Assembly (NCBI GenBank): GCA_902794825.1
Contig: CADBIU010000001.1
Location: forward strand, 45,913 to 109,912
DNA: 64,000 nucleotides
Reading direction: 5' to 3'
Source: an uncultured Lachnospiraceae bacterium
Lineage (GTDB): Bacteria; Bacillota; Clostridia; Lachnospirales; Lachnospiraceae
The position numbers were made by a program, and so were the translations under genes. Below, in pieces: positions 48,886 through 57,253 of the stretch; within the stretch, counting starts at the first letter, position 1, and every line of letters begins with the position of its first letter. The notes below the pieces were generated by a model that was not told the DNA's origin, did no database searches, and was given only the letters and a program-made list of their open reading frames with translations.

Positions 48886-49649
48886 CAGTTTCCGGCGTTT
48901 TCCTGTTCAATGAGTTTCTTCGCCAGGTCTAAAAAGCACCGGCTCACTAAGAGATCAGGATCTCCCTCGATCACTGTCTTTCCCTGATCCTCAAACCGGA
49001 TTATATCGTCGCTCCTGGGAATGCGGGCAATAATGGGCAGACCTTTTATGTCCGCGAACTCCTCCACCTTCCTGCTCTCGCCCTCGACATTTCTGCTGTT
49101 GAGTATGATGCCCTCGACTCTGGCGTAACTCCTGTCCTCGAAATTGCGCACCGCCGTACAAATATTGTTCGCGGCATAGAGAGCCATCTTTTCACCTGAA
49201 GTTACGATCAGCACCTTCTGGGCATAGCCCTCCCTGATCGGCGCCGCAAAACCTCCGCACACTACATCACCGAGAACATCATAGAGGACTACGTCGGGCT
49301 TATAAGTCTCGAACAGTCTCAGATCCTCCAAAAGGCTGAAGGTCGCGATAATTCCTCTTCCGGCACACCCAAGTCCCGGCGTAGGTCCGCCTGTCTCGAT
49401 ACACAGTACTCCTCCGTATCCCTCTTTTGCGATCTGGTCGATGGATTCCGGCTCCTCGTCCTTCTCGCGCAGATAATCCATAACCGGCTGCAATGGCTGT
49501 CCGCCCAGCAGATTAATGGTGGAATCCGCCTTGGGATCACAGCCTATCTGTATCACTCTTTTGCCCAGATAGGCAAAAGCCGCCGCCAGATTGGATGTCA
49601 TTGTGGATTTTCCTATGCCGCCCTTGCCGTAAATCGCGATCCTGATCAT
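48885..49649 (-). CDS. NifH-like Fe protein (divergent, group IV-type)
   Basis: [58 protein letters not shown]; only 254 aa. Confidence 0.9.
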   Translation of the reverse strand: MIRIAIYGKGGIGKSTMTSNLAAAFAYLGKRVIQIGCDPKADSTINLLGGQPLQPVMDYLREKDEEPESIDQIAKEGYGGVLCIETGGPTPGLGCAGRGIIATFSLLEDLRLFETYKPDVVLYDVLGDVVCGGFAAPIREGYAQKVLIVTSGEKMALYAANNICTAVRNFEDRSYARVEGIILNSRNVEGESRKVEEFADIKGLPIIARIPRSDDIIRFEDQGKTVIEGDPDLLVSRCFLDLAKKLIEQENAGN

Positions 49650-49680
49650 TGCGCTCTCCTGTCAAAATATTCCCGTTCAT

Positions 49681-49714
49681 AAAAAAAGCCCTTCCACCTT
49701 CCGGTGAAAGAGCC
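49681..49714 (-). terminator. Intrinsic terminator / attenuator about 30 nt upstream of the nifH-like start
   Basis: Minus strand GGCTCTTTCACC-GGAA-GGTGGAAGGGCT followed by a T run. Confidence 0.85.
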
Positions 49715-49851
49715 TCGTATACATGAAAACACGCGCAGGGATACCCTCCGCGAACGGAAGGTCCCGCTTTTATCCGCATATATCTGTCTTCATAGAAACT
49801 GTTTGCTGCTCTTCCAGGTCGGACAATACTTTCCTGTCAGATATCTCTATG
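49681..49851 (-). promoter_or_regulatory. Candidate structured cis-regulatory leader (riboswitch-like)
   Basis: ATATCTG/CAGATAT-closed 65-nt domain (49780-49844), a TTCG-loop hairpin (49736-49766) whose arm ACCTTCCG is complementary to CGGAAGGT in the terminator. Confidence 0.45.
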
Positions 49852-49855
49852 CCCA

Positions 49856-50728
49856 TTATTCCACAGAGTACACGATATATTCAAGTCCTGTGTCGCTCAT
49901 ACCGCCAAGTTCCAGAAGATATTTGCCGTTTTCGTACATAAAATCAAAATCGTAATCGAAACTTCCGGAGAAACTTGCCTCTCCGAGCTGTTCGATGATC
50001 TCGCTCTCGGAGGTTCCCCAAGTGAAGCCGCAGGGAAGTTCTGTCTCGGGAAGCTTGGGCTCCGCCCCGTCCTTTCCTTTTCCCTTAGTAATATAGATTC
50101 CTGTCATAGGAAGATCTGTCAGTTTCATCTCTGAACCGGTATAGTTTCCGAACTCAGCCTTAACAATGACATCGTCGTCCGTATAGTCAGGATTTGTCAT
50201 CTTCGCTGTAACGACCTGATCAGCCACCAGGGTTTTATCCCCGGGATTTCCTTCGATCTCATAGGTGATCGTCCACTTGCCGAGTTTGAGCGAGTTCAGA
50301 TCGACAGGGAATTCCAGCTGCATTCCGTCAAAGGTCATAACGCCGTCGAGAACCTCGTCAAGGTTGACGGCAGCGGTATTATCCTGTTTTCTCTTCTCAT
50401 TTTCTTCTTTTCTTCTCTCAGCTTCCGCTCTTTCTGCTTCCGGATCCACCTCGGTGGGTTCGGGCTTTTCTATCACTTCCTTCGGCTGCTCCTTCTGCGT
50501 TGCTGCTTCGGCAGGCTTCTCTTCCTCTTTCATGACGTCTTCCGACTTCACCTCCTCGGGATTGATCGGTTCCATCACTGTGCTCTGAGCCGCCGCGCTC
50601 TCCTCAGCTGATTCTTTCACAGTCGCGTCTTTCGATCCCCCGCACCCGCAAAGACCTGCTGTCAGAGCAAGTACAAGGATCACTGCGGCAGTTTTTCTTC
50701 CTGCGTTTACAAATCTTTTTCTGATCAC
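49856..50728 (-). CDS. Hypothetical lipoprotein
   Basis: GTG start, lipobox LCGC, E/K/P-rich linker, globular C-terminal domain. Confidence 0.78.
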   Translation of the reverse strand: MIRKRFVNAGRKTAAVILVLALTAGLCGCGGSKDATVKESAEESAAAQSTVMEPINPEEVKSEDVMKEEEKPAEAATQKEQPKEVIEKPEPTEVDPEAERAEAERRKEENEKRKQDNTAAVNLDEVLDGVMTFDGMQLEFPVDLNSLKLGKWTITYEIEGNPGDKTLVADQVVTAKMTNPDYTDDDVIVKAEFGNYTGSEMKLTDLPMTGIYITKGKGKDGAEPKLPETELPCGFTWGTSESEIIEQLGEASFSGSFDYDFDFMYENGKYLLELGGMSDTGLEYIVYSVE

Positions 50729-50784
50729 TTTTTTCTCCTCCCATGTGGGCGGACGTTCTTTCCGCCCTTTTTATTTCATCCGAT

Positions 50785-51480
50785 TCAGATCGGATTCCGG
50801 TCAAAGCCCTTGATTTTCTTTACGTTTCTGCAGTAGAAATCATACAGGAACGCGCCTGTGTTTCCGAACTGCGGGTACGCGCTCTCCGGTATATCCAGAG
50901 TGCATGACTCATAGGCGTTGATTATCACCGTACCCGAAGGATGTTCTCTTCGCTTTTCAAAACTGCGCGAATAAGCCTTGTGCACATGCCCGTGCAGCAT
51001 ATAAAGAGGCTTCACTTCCGTAAGAAATCTGTCAAAACATTCAAAGCCCCTGTGAGGCAGATTGTCAAGGTCGCCGTATCCTCTGACGGGCGCGTGGGTC
51101 ACAAGGATGTCGATTCCGCCGGTCGTTTTTGTCTTGCGCATAAGACGGTTGACCCGGGAATCCATTTCCTTCTCGCTATACATATTGCTGCCGAACTTGT
51201 ATCGCATGGAACCTCCGAGCCCCGCGACTCTGAGCCCACAGTGATTATATATCATTTCTTCAATACATACACAACCTTCCGGCGGTTTTCTGTCATAGAC
51301 CGCGTCGTGATTTCCACAGACATAGAGCAGCGGACAATTTCCCATTGTCACTAAAAACTCCAGATAATCCGGGCTCAGATCTCCGCAGGAAATGATCAAG
51401 TCGATTCCCTTTAGTTTTCCCGGAGTGTAGAAGTCCCATAGAGACTTGCTCTCCTCGTCGGCGACAACCAGAACCTTCAC
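50785..51480 (-). CDS. Calcineurin-like metallophosphoesterase
   Basis: VADEE, CGDL, CGNHD, VTHAP, HGHVH. Confidence 0.88.
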   Translation of the reverse strand: MKVLVVADEESKSLWDFYTPGKLKGIDLIISCGDLSPDYLEFLVTMGNCPLLYVCGNHDAVYDRKPPEGCVCIEEMIYNHCGLRVAGLGGSMRYKFGSNMYSEKEMDSRVNRLMRKTKTTGGIDILVTHAPVRGYGDLDNLPHRGFECFDRFLTEVKPLYMLHGHVHKAYSRSFEKRREHPSGTVIINAYESCTLDIPESAYPQFGNTGAFLYDFYCRNVKKIKGFDRNPI

Positions 51481-53438
51481 AGTTTTTTCTCCTTTACGCC
51501 GGATACTTTCACAGTCTTTTTGATCGATTCATCAAGTTCCCATGTCTCAGGTATCTCTCCGATTATATTATCACACAGCCAGTCCATCTTGATGATCTCT
51601 TTGTCATTGAGAGCCGGTGAGTCAGGCCCCTTTAGAACGCCGGTCTGCGTGCGGATCTCTCCCTCGAAAGGACTTGCCGCGTCTGTCGCTATGATGCGTT
51701 TAAGTGACATAATGATATTACGGGATGCATAAGGAAGATTTTTGGACAGGATGATGTCCACAACACCCGCGGAAATCCCCCACCAAAAGTTAACTGCCTT
51801 GCCTGCGGCTCCGTTTTTTCTTGCATCCAGCGAACCGTCAATGAGTTTTTGGATGATCTGCTCGTAATAGGGGCCCCACTGATAGACGGGAGCCGCGAGG
51901 TTTTCCACTTCCTGCTCATCTCTGACTGTTCCGTCAGCTCTGCATGTCCCGGCATCGTGGATCCGGTACAGGCCGTATTTCCTGGTGGGATCCTTGGGTT
52001 TTATGAAATCGATCCCTGAAATGATCCTGCATCCGCTGTCGATCAGTTCTTTTTCCCAGTCACTTCCTTTTTTTGATGCCCAAACAAGTTTTATCCTGGC
52101 GCCGGGATCGAAGGCTGCGGCGCCAAGAGCAAACGCGTTGATATTCGCTATCCCGCCGTAAATAGGATAATCAGCCCGGTATCCGATCATGTGGTTCTCA
52201 GCCAGAGAGGCGGCCAGACACCCCATCAGGAATTTGGCTTCATACATTCTGGTGTAATAGGTCGGTACCGAACTCCGTGAGAGATTGACAGAACAGTTCA
52301 TGATCCTCATCTCAGGGTATTCGATTGCTGCCTTAAGGCAGGCCTCCATCATTGCCGGAGTTGTGGCAAATACAATATCCTCCTTATCCTTGCTGCAAGC
52401 TTCAAACGCCTGCTTAAGATTATACTCGGAACTGCAGTCCTCAAATCTGATCGCTTCGACAGCACCGTCAAACTTTTCTACAAGCTCATTGGCGCCCAGT
52501 TCATGGCTGTAGGCCCAGCTGGATTCCTCTTTTTTGTGTTCAAACAGAAATGCCGCCCGGATCGGTTTTCCGCTGTAGGCGCTGCTTAGATTGATCAGCT
52601 TCCTGACGCCGCTTCCCCTTCCGACTTCCCAGGGGCCGCGGACCAGCTCTATTTTGTCCTCTCCGGATAAAGCGCTGTATTCATTGCGGAGTTTCTGAAT
52701 CTTGTGTCTGATCAGATTCTCCGAATCGTAGAGCAGACTGTCCAGTTCAAAGACCTTAAGATAGAGTAAAAAAGCGTCTCCAATGGTAAGGGAATTCTTT
52801 GCGCTCACGTGGACATAGCATTTAGTGAAAACATTGAAGGCTGATCTGAGTTCTTCGATCAGTTCCTCTGGCCATGGTTTACTAAGGTCCTGTCCCAAAT
52901 GATCCGCAAGTTCCGCGTAGGAACCTTCTTTGGAGAATGTGATGGAAAACATTCCCGTCACATTGTAAAAATCTATATATTCATAGTAGATCCTCGAACC
53001 CGGATCGTCCGTCTTTGGCGGCAGGATCCTTATCACGTTTCCCGGGATCGAAAAATAGCCTATAAACTTGGATACGGATACCCGCTTATTACCTTCCTCT
53101 ACATAGAATTTGTTCATGTATTCGTAAACCTTGATCGGTTCACGGATTCCGTCTTTGAGTGCGGAGTCATAGAGAGAAGACCATTTCCACGCGAATTCAC
53201 TTCCGGGTTCTGTAATCGGCATAAAGTTGCAGGCAAACGCGTTCTGCCTTCCGACAGTCCTTGTGCCCGCGATCATGCTGATAGGCACCTCCTCAACGCC
53301 CAGATCTCTCACAGCAAGCCTGTCAATGTCCTGTCCCATAGAATCCAGCGCAGGAAGATAGGGGTACTGTCCCGACATGACAGCTCTGCGGTACGCGCGC
53401 TCGCCGTCCTTCCTTGCTTTTTCGTAATCACTCTGCAT
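51477..53438 (-). CDS. ParB/Srx-like N-terminal domain fused to a BMP-family ligand-binding domain; no signal peptide
   Basis: EPIKVYEYMNKFYVEEGNKRVSV (ParB/Srx-like core); SSWAYSHELG, RMYEAKFLMG, NINAFALGA, WWGISAGVVD (BMP-like); ATG 53438 after AAGGAG. Confidence 0.75.
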   Translation of the reverse strand: MQSDYEKARKDGERAYRRAVMSGQYPYLPALDSMGQDIDRLAVRDLGVEEVPISMIAGTRTVGRQNAFACNFMPITEPGSEFAWKWSSLYDSALKDGIREPIKVYEYMNKFYVEEGNKRVSVSKFIGYFSIPGNVIRILPPKTDDPGSRIYYEYIDFYNVTGMFSITFSKEGSYAELADHLGQDLSKPWPEELIEELRSAFNVFTKCYVHVSAKNSLTIGDAFLLYLKVFELDSLLYDSENLIRHKIQKLRNEYSALSGEDKIELVRGPWEVGRGSGVRKLINLSSAYSGKPIRAAFLFEHKKEESSWAYSHELGANELVEKFDGAVEAIRFEDCSSEYNLKQAFEACSKDKEDIVFATTPAMMEACLKAAIEYPEMRIMNCSVNLSRSSVPTYYTRMYEAKFLMGCLAASLAENHMIGYRADYPIYGGIANINAFALGAAAFDPGARIKLVWASKKGSDWEKELIDSGCRIISGIDFIKPKDPTRKYGLYRIHDAGTCRADGTVRDEQEVENLAAPVYQWGPYYEQIIQKLIDGSLDARKNGAAGKAVNFWWGISAGVVDIILSKNLPYASRNIIMSLKRIIATDAASPFEGEIRTQTGVLKGPDSPALNDKEIIKMDWLCDNIIGEIPETWELDESIKKTVKVSGVKEKKL

Positions 53439-53640
53439 AAACCGCTCCTTAAAAAAATAGTCATAAGTCAATTATCAAACATTATACACGAATTCAAAAT
53501 GAACGAAAATATAATATTGTTACCTTAATACTGTCAGTTTTTCGATATTTAAACTTTTGTTAAGAATAAAGTGCTATTTTATATTTGCCGGTTAATTTAA
53601 TAACTCTGCCGAACAGGATGCATCTGCATTCGTTCTCCAT

Positions 53641-53685
53641 AAAAAAGCGCGGTCAAGGTCTAACTCCCTTGGCCGCGCTTTATTT
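53641..53685 (-). terminator. Intrinsic terminator
   Basis: Minus strand AAAGCGCGGCCAAGG-N-CCTTGACCGCGCTTTTTT. Confidence 0.82.
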
Positions 53686-54597
53686 TCACATCTGTTCTCT
53701 TGAAAGACCGTCAACGTCAACCACCGCTATTTCCGGCGGGTTGTTTAATCTCGGAATAAGACCTTTCGGTGCGCTCAGTCCGCTTGTGATAAACAGTTTC
53801 ACATCGTCCTTTTCAAACATGCCGTGCAGGTACTCGGGGAAATATCCCTGGGAACCGCCGAATACGCCGCCGTAATGCGGAAGCACAACAAGGCCTCCCA
53901 GGTCGTTTCCACTCACCACCAGATCCGGATTCCAGGTTTTACATGCGTCGGAATATAAAAAGCTCTCGGGTCTTATTGAAAGCATGATCTTCAGATTTCC
54001 TGTATCCTTAAAGTTATTGAGAAAATTCCAGGTACTCTGATACCTTTTCTTGACCTCATACCTGAGGTTGGTCAGCTCATAGGCATTGTTGTACATGCCG
54101 CCGATCCGCACTCCGATCCCGTAAAGACTCGTATCCGCGTAACTCTCATTCAGGACAACAGCGCCAGCTTTCTCCAAAGCATCCTTCAGAGGATCCGCAG
54201 CTTCCTCCTGTTCAGCATGGTCTGCGGCATACTTCAGTTCCTGTTCCCCATAGGAATAGTATACGGGAGCGATCTGGATAAGTCTCTTGATCAGGTCCGT
54301 GAGAGGCGTAAGATCTTCCGTATCGGCTGCGATCATGTTGCCTCCTATCAGGATAGCGTCAGGAAATGTATTTCCGGCCCGATCGGCGATCACCCCGTTG
54401 CCGCCCTCAAAGACATAGCCGTAAAGATCTGAGATCACAACAAAACGAAGAGACTGATCTCCCTCTCCTTCTTTTGTGTAAAAATAGTGTACTTCCGGAT
54501 CGCTGTAGGAGCGATGAAGCATCCATGTCCCGGGAATGCCTATAACGAGCGCCAGCAATAATAAAACAAAAATAAAATGAAACAGTTTCTTTATCAT
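53686..54597 (-). CDS. Membrane-anchored YkuE-like metallophosphoesterase with degenerate metal ligands
   Basis: N-terminal TM; ISDLYG, GGNM, YGEQE, LSIRPE, SGNDLGG, ITSGL...PRLNNPPEI. Confidence 0.75.
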   Translation of the reverse strand: MIKKLFHFIFVLLLLALVIGIPGTWMLHRSYSDPEVHYFYTKEGEGDQSLRFVVISDLYGYVFEGGNGVIADRAGNTFPDAILIGGNMIAADTEDLTPLTDLIKRLIQIAPVYYSYGEQELKYAADHAEQEEAADPLKDALEKAGAVVLNESYADTSLYGIGVRIGGMYNNAYELTNLRYEVKKRYQSTWNFLNNFKDTGNLKIMLSIRPESFLYSDACKTWNPDLVVSGNDLGGLVVLPHYGGVFGGSQGYFPEYLHGMFEKDDVKLFITSGLSAPKGLIPRLNNPPEIAVVDVDGLSREQM

Positions 54598-54619
54598 CTA
54601 TCCTGCCTTTAACTTTTAA

Positions 54620-56074
54620 TTATTCCGCACCTTCATGCCTCAGGACGACGCCAACCGTTTTGAGGAGGATCTTGAGATCGAGCCAGACGCTCCAGTTTTG
54701 AATATACTCGCGGTCAAGTCTGACGACTTCCTCAAAATCAGTGATATCGCTTCGTCCGCTGATCTGCCACAGACCGGTGATCCCGGGCTTTATGCTCATT
54801 CTCACTCTGTGGTGAAGATCATATCTTTCCCATTCGTCGAGCGTCGGAGGCCTTGTACCCACAAGAGACATTTCTCCCTTGAGCACATTCCAAAACTGCG
54901 GAAACTCGTCCAGGGAAGTTCTTCTTATAAAGTTGCCGATCCCTGCGGGTCTTCCGTTCTTATCCTTTTTCTCTGATCCTATGATCCTGGGGTCGTCATC
55001 CATCTTGAACATCATGCCGTCGCTGATCTTATTCTGCTCCATGAGCGCCTTTTTGCGCTCTTCAGCGTCCATATACATGCTTCTGAATTTGTACATGTAG
55101 AACTGCTTGCCGTTCTGGCCGACGCGCTTCTGCTTGAAAAAGATCGGTCCGGGGGACTGAATGTAGATGATCGGAGCGATAAAGATGAAGATGATGCCGG
55201 TAAGAATGCATCCGATAATACCGCCCAGAATATCCATTACCCTCTTACAGATGATCTGCCTTGTCGATACGATTCTGAGGCTGTTGGTCAGCACCCTGTA
55301 AGTGCCGATCTTAGAAACTTCCTGCATGCCGTCGCTGTGAGCGTTCAATGCTTCCAGACAGTAATGCACTGTGATTCCCATTTCCATGATCGCATCGATC
55401 ATATCCATTGGATACGGCATGTTTTCCGGCTGATAGACGAGCACCTCGTCTACCCAGTTCTTCCTGATCTCGTTTATAATATCCGTCTCCATTCCGAATA
55501 CAGGAATGTCGCGGAAAGTCTCCGTCCCGCATTTTTTGTCCATCACGTACAGACCGGTGATCTTGTAGTCGTGAACACTGTTGTCCAGAAGATTCTTGAT
55601 CACTTCTCCAGCCAGTGAAGCAGAGGTCATTACCATGAGAGACTTTTTTCCCACTTTGATCTTGGCTGAATTGAAAATCCTCTTTTTGTTCATCAGCCTC
55701 ATAAAATATGAGGCAAACAGGTACATGACTGCCATGATACCGGTAAACATTCTCGATACCATGTAGATCTGGTGCACCATAAACAGGAACAGGATCTCCA
55801 GCAGCATGAAGATGACTTCAAACCGGAAGGTGGCTATGAATTCCTCAACCCGGTTTCTTCTCAGTATATTCTTATAGCTGTCTGTGAACAGCACTGTGAA
55901 CAGCTGGCAAAGCAAAAGCAGGATCGCCTGATATCTGTACAGATATGTGTCGTACGGATTTTCAAATCCGACCCATATCCAGTAACTAAGTACAAAGCAG
56001 ACCTGCAGGATCACCACATCGAGCACTATAAAATCGATGTGCTTGATCCAGCCTCTCAACTCTTTCTTATGCAT
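54620..56074 (-). CDS. Polyprenyl glycosylphosphotransferase (priming sugar transferase, CpsE/WcaJ type)
   Basis: N-terminal TMs, KRVMDI, KFRSM, DDPRI, SLDEFPQFWNVLKGEMSLVGTRP, KPGITGLWQISGRS. Confidence 0.93.
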   Translation of the reverse strand: MHKKELRGWIKHIDFIVLDVVILQVCFVLSYWIWVGFENPYDTYLYRYQAILLLLCQLFTVLFTDSYKNILRRNRVEEFIATFRFEVIFMLLEILFLFMVHQIYMVSRMFTGIMAVMYLFASYFMRLMNKKRIFNSAKIKVGKKSLMVMTSASLAGEVIKNLLDNSVHDYKITGLYVMDKKCGTETFRDIPVFGMETDIINEIRKNWVDEVLVYQPENMPYPMDMIDAIMEMGITVHYCLEALNAHSDGMQEVSKIGTYRVLTNSLRIVSTRQIICKRVMDILGGIIGCILTGIIFIFIAPIIYIQSPGPIFFKQKRVGQNGKQFYMYKFRSMYMDAEERKKALMEQNKISDGMMFKMDDDPRIIGSEKKDKNGRPAGIGNFIRRTSLDEFPQFWNVLKGEMSLVGTRPPTLDEWERYDLHHRVRMSIKPGITGLWQISGRSDITDFEEVVRLDREYIQNWSVWLDLKILLKTVGVVLRHEGAE

Positions 56075-56124
56075 AACTCTCTCCCTGCCTCATTAAAAGT
56101 GCAATGAAGCAACCAAACTTCCGC

Positions 56125-57156
56125 TCAGTTAAATCCGAAAATATTCCGCGCGATTCCGTATCCGGCTGAGACCACCTTTTTGCCGACTCTGCCGGGCAGA
56201 TGCACGACTGTGCCGAAGACACCTCTGCGCAGCTTCAGATACAGATCATGATCCTTCTCGGAGAGATAATCCCACAGTTCGTCCTTAATTGCGATCTTTT
56301 CCGAGTCATCGGATATGATCGCGAGAACCGAAGTGATGGTAGTTATGATCTCAAGATAGTTGTACATGTATTTATACAGCTGGCTCTTCTTTTCGATCAG
56401 ACCTTCCGATACTCCATCCGAGAAATAGTCAAACATGATCCTGTTGACCCTGGCCTGCTGGTCAAGACGTCCGATCATTACCTCTTCGTTTACGGACTGG
56501 TCGTCTCTTCCGATAAAATAATAGTAGAAATTAACGTCCAGATAATAGATATTCTTCACGCTCGGCATGGGATTGAACACATAAATGTTATCCACGTAGA
56601 AGCAGTGCTCCGGGAGCCTTAGACCGCACTGCCTGAGCAGTTCGGTTCTGTAGATCACGGAATGCATCAGGATATACTGGCCTTTCCTGAATCGCTTGGC
56701 TTCATCCCAGCTGAACATTCTGCCCACAGGCAGAACCTTTCGGTATTCCATGACTTTCTTGCGTGCCTGTTCTTCTTTATCGTAAACGAAATTGCTGATC
56801 AGAAGATCGATCTTCTCTTCAGCATCCTGATTTTCCCGCAGTTTATCCAGTATAGACTTAAATGCGCTGGCTTTGACTTTATCGTCGCTGTCCACCACCT
56901 TGAAGTAAAGACCGGAGGCGTTCTCTATCCCCATGTTCACGGCTCCGCCGTGCCCCTTGTTGGGCTGATGGATCGCCCTGACGATCCCCGGATACTCAGC
57001 CTCAAGCCGATCGGCGATCACGGCAGTATTGTCCGAGGATCCGTCGTCCACAATAAGGACTTCAACCTCATCTCCTCCGACAACCAGGGAACTGATACAA
57101 TTTTCCATATAATCCTGTGAATTATAGCAAGGTACAGCTATTGTCAATAATTTCAT
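56125..57156 (-). CDS. Glycosyltransferase family 2
   Basis: VPCYN, VDDGSSD, NKGHGGA, VDSDD. Confidence 0.92.
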   Translation of the reverse strand: MKLLTIAVPCYNSQDYMENCISSLVVGGDEVEVLIVDDGSSDNTAVIADRLEAEYPGIVRAIHQPNKGHGGAVNMGIENASGLYFKVVDSDDKVKASAFKSILDKLRENQDAEEKIDLLISNFVYDKEEQARKKVMEYRKVLPVGRMFSWDEAKRFRKGQYILMHSVIYRTELLRQCGLRLPEHCFYVDNIYVFNPMPSVKNIYYLDVNFYYYFIGRDDQSVNEEVMIGRLDQQARVNRIMFDYFSDGVSEGLIEKKSQLYKYMYNYLEIITTITSVLAIISDDSEKIAIKDELWDYLSEKDHDLYLKLRRGVFGTVVHLPGRVGKKVVSAGYGIARNIFGFN

Positions 57157-57253
57157 ATTAAATTCCTTCCATATGCAGTCATCGGCTTAATATTATACCA
57201 TACCTCTTCAAATAAGCCAATCGATCAGCATTTGCTGAATTCAGGACCTGAAT

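Noticed and set aside
37845-49649. Nitrogen-fixation (nif) cluster
   Set aside because: No nifB, P-cluster Cys sets are incomplete and no FeMoco-ligand motifs are recognisable; these are divergent nitrogenase-like proteins
49681-49851. Cobalamin, Moco, SAM-I or guanidine riboswitch
   Set aside because: Conserved cores as I recall them are not present; kept only as an unclassified leader
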